A DNA stretch of 32,000 nucleotides from Megasphaera elsdenii DSM 20460. GTDB lineage: Bacteria; Bacillota; Negativicutes; Veillonellales; Megasphaeraceae. Positions 31,881-32,000 of the stretch are shown here, piece by piece. The position numbers were made by a program, and so were the translations under genes. The notes beneath the pieces were generated by a model. The model saw only the letters and a list, made by a program, of their open reading frames with translations, searched no databases and was not told the DNA's origin. The DNA lies in contig NZ_CP027570.1 in assembly GCF_003010495.1 (NCBI RefSeq), positions 900,001-932,000 of the forward strand, read 5' to 3'. Each line of letters opens with the position of its first letter. The stretch's first letter is position 1.

Positions 31881-32000
31881 ATGAATTTTGATGCATCTGT
31901 GTATCCTTATGAATCTCATCGGGAAGTCGTCTATGGCCGCAGGGGCATGGTCTGTACATCTCAGACCTTAGCTTCCCAGGCCGGACTGGATATGCTGAAA
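31881..32000 (+). CDS. gamma-glutamyltransferase family protein, N-terminal 40 codons (3' end outside window)
   Basis: ATG 31881 follows a GGGGAGG RBS. The product MNFDASVYPYESHREVVYGRRGMVCTSQTLASQAGLDMLK matches the GGT N-terminal pattern (...GMVxTSQxLASQAGxxxL). It is absent from the ORF track because it is truncated. Confidence 0.6.
   Translation, partial: MNFDASVYPYESHREVVYGRRGMVCTSQTLASQAGLDMLK

Overview
This is a 32-kb chromosomal window from a Firmicutes-type genome, judged from the rpsF-ssb-rpsR cluster, a single-chain FGAM synthase and strong GGAGG Shine-Dalgarno sites. A Negativicutes/Megasphaera-like origin is only my guess. I support 30 protein-coding genes (two cut by the window edges) plus one transposase remnant. 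I see no rRNA, tRNA or CRISPR array. Gene order, left to right: (1) partial MFS transporter + MarR; (2) D-2-hydroxyacid dehydrogenase; (3) a degraded junction region with orphan terminators and a transposase remnant; (4) a tnpB-only IS200/IS605-family element butted against a 5'-truncated GntR/FadR regulator; (5) a LacI-family regulator divergent from a seven-gene hexuronate (Ashwell pathway) operon, uxaC-uxaB-uxaA-GPH transporter-HIT-kdgK-eda; (6) a small Cys protein-Rrf2-PAP2 operon; (7) a LarA-like protein; (8) an OPT peptide transporter divergent from pepD; (9) a 2x[4Fe-4S] ferredoxin + a flavodiiron-like MBL protein that lacks the flavodoxin domain; (10) xpt + an orphan 207-aa gene; (11) purL; (12) rpsF-ssb-rpsR; (13) guanine deaminase + lipid kinase; (14) the start of a gamma-glutamyltransferase. 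The most unusual layer is non-coding. Most operon ends carry modular structured elements: imperfect hairpins of about 77 nt whose sequence is phased in 7-nt words, followed by near-identical intrinsic terminators (stem GGGCTTGTCG/CGACAAGCCC). GTAGGGGC + GC-palindrome hairpins also recur. Copies show compensatory arm changes, and two arrays begin in, or supply, the stop codon of the upstream gene. Other follow-ups are the TnpB element (apparently non-canonical RuvC-II and zinc-finger segments, candidate omega RNA, truncation of an ExuR-like regulator), the flavodoxin-less flavodiiron core with its own ferredoxin, and the orphan gene translationally coupled to xpt. All functional calls rest on my reading of translated motifs; no database search was possible.
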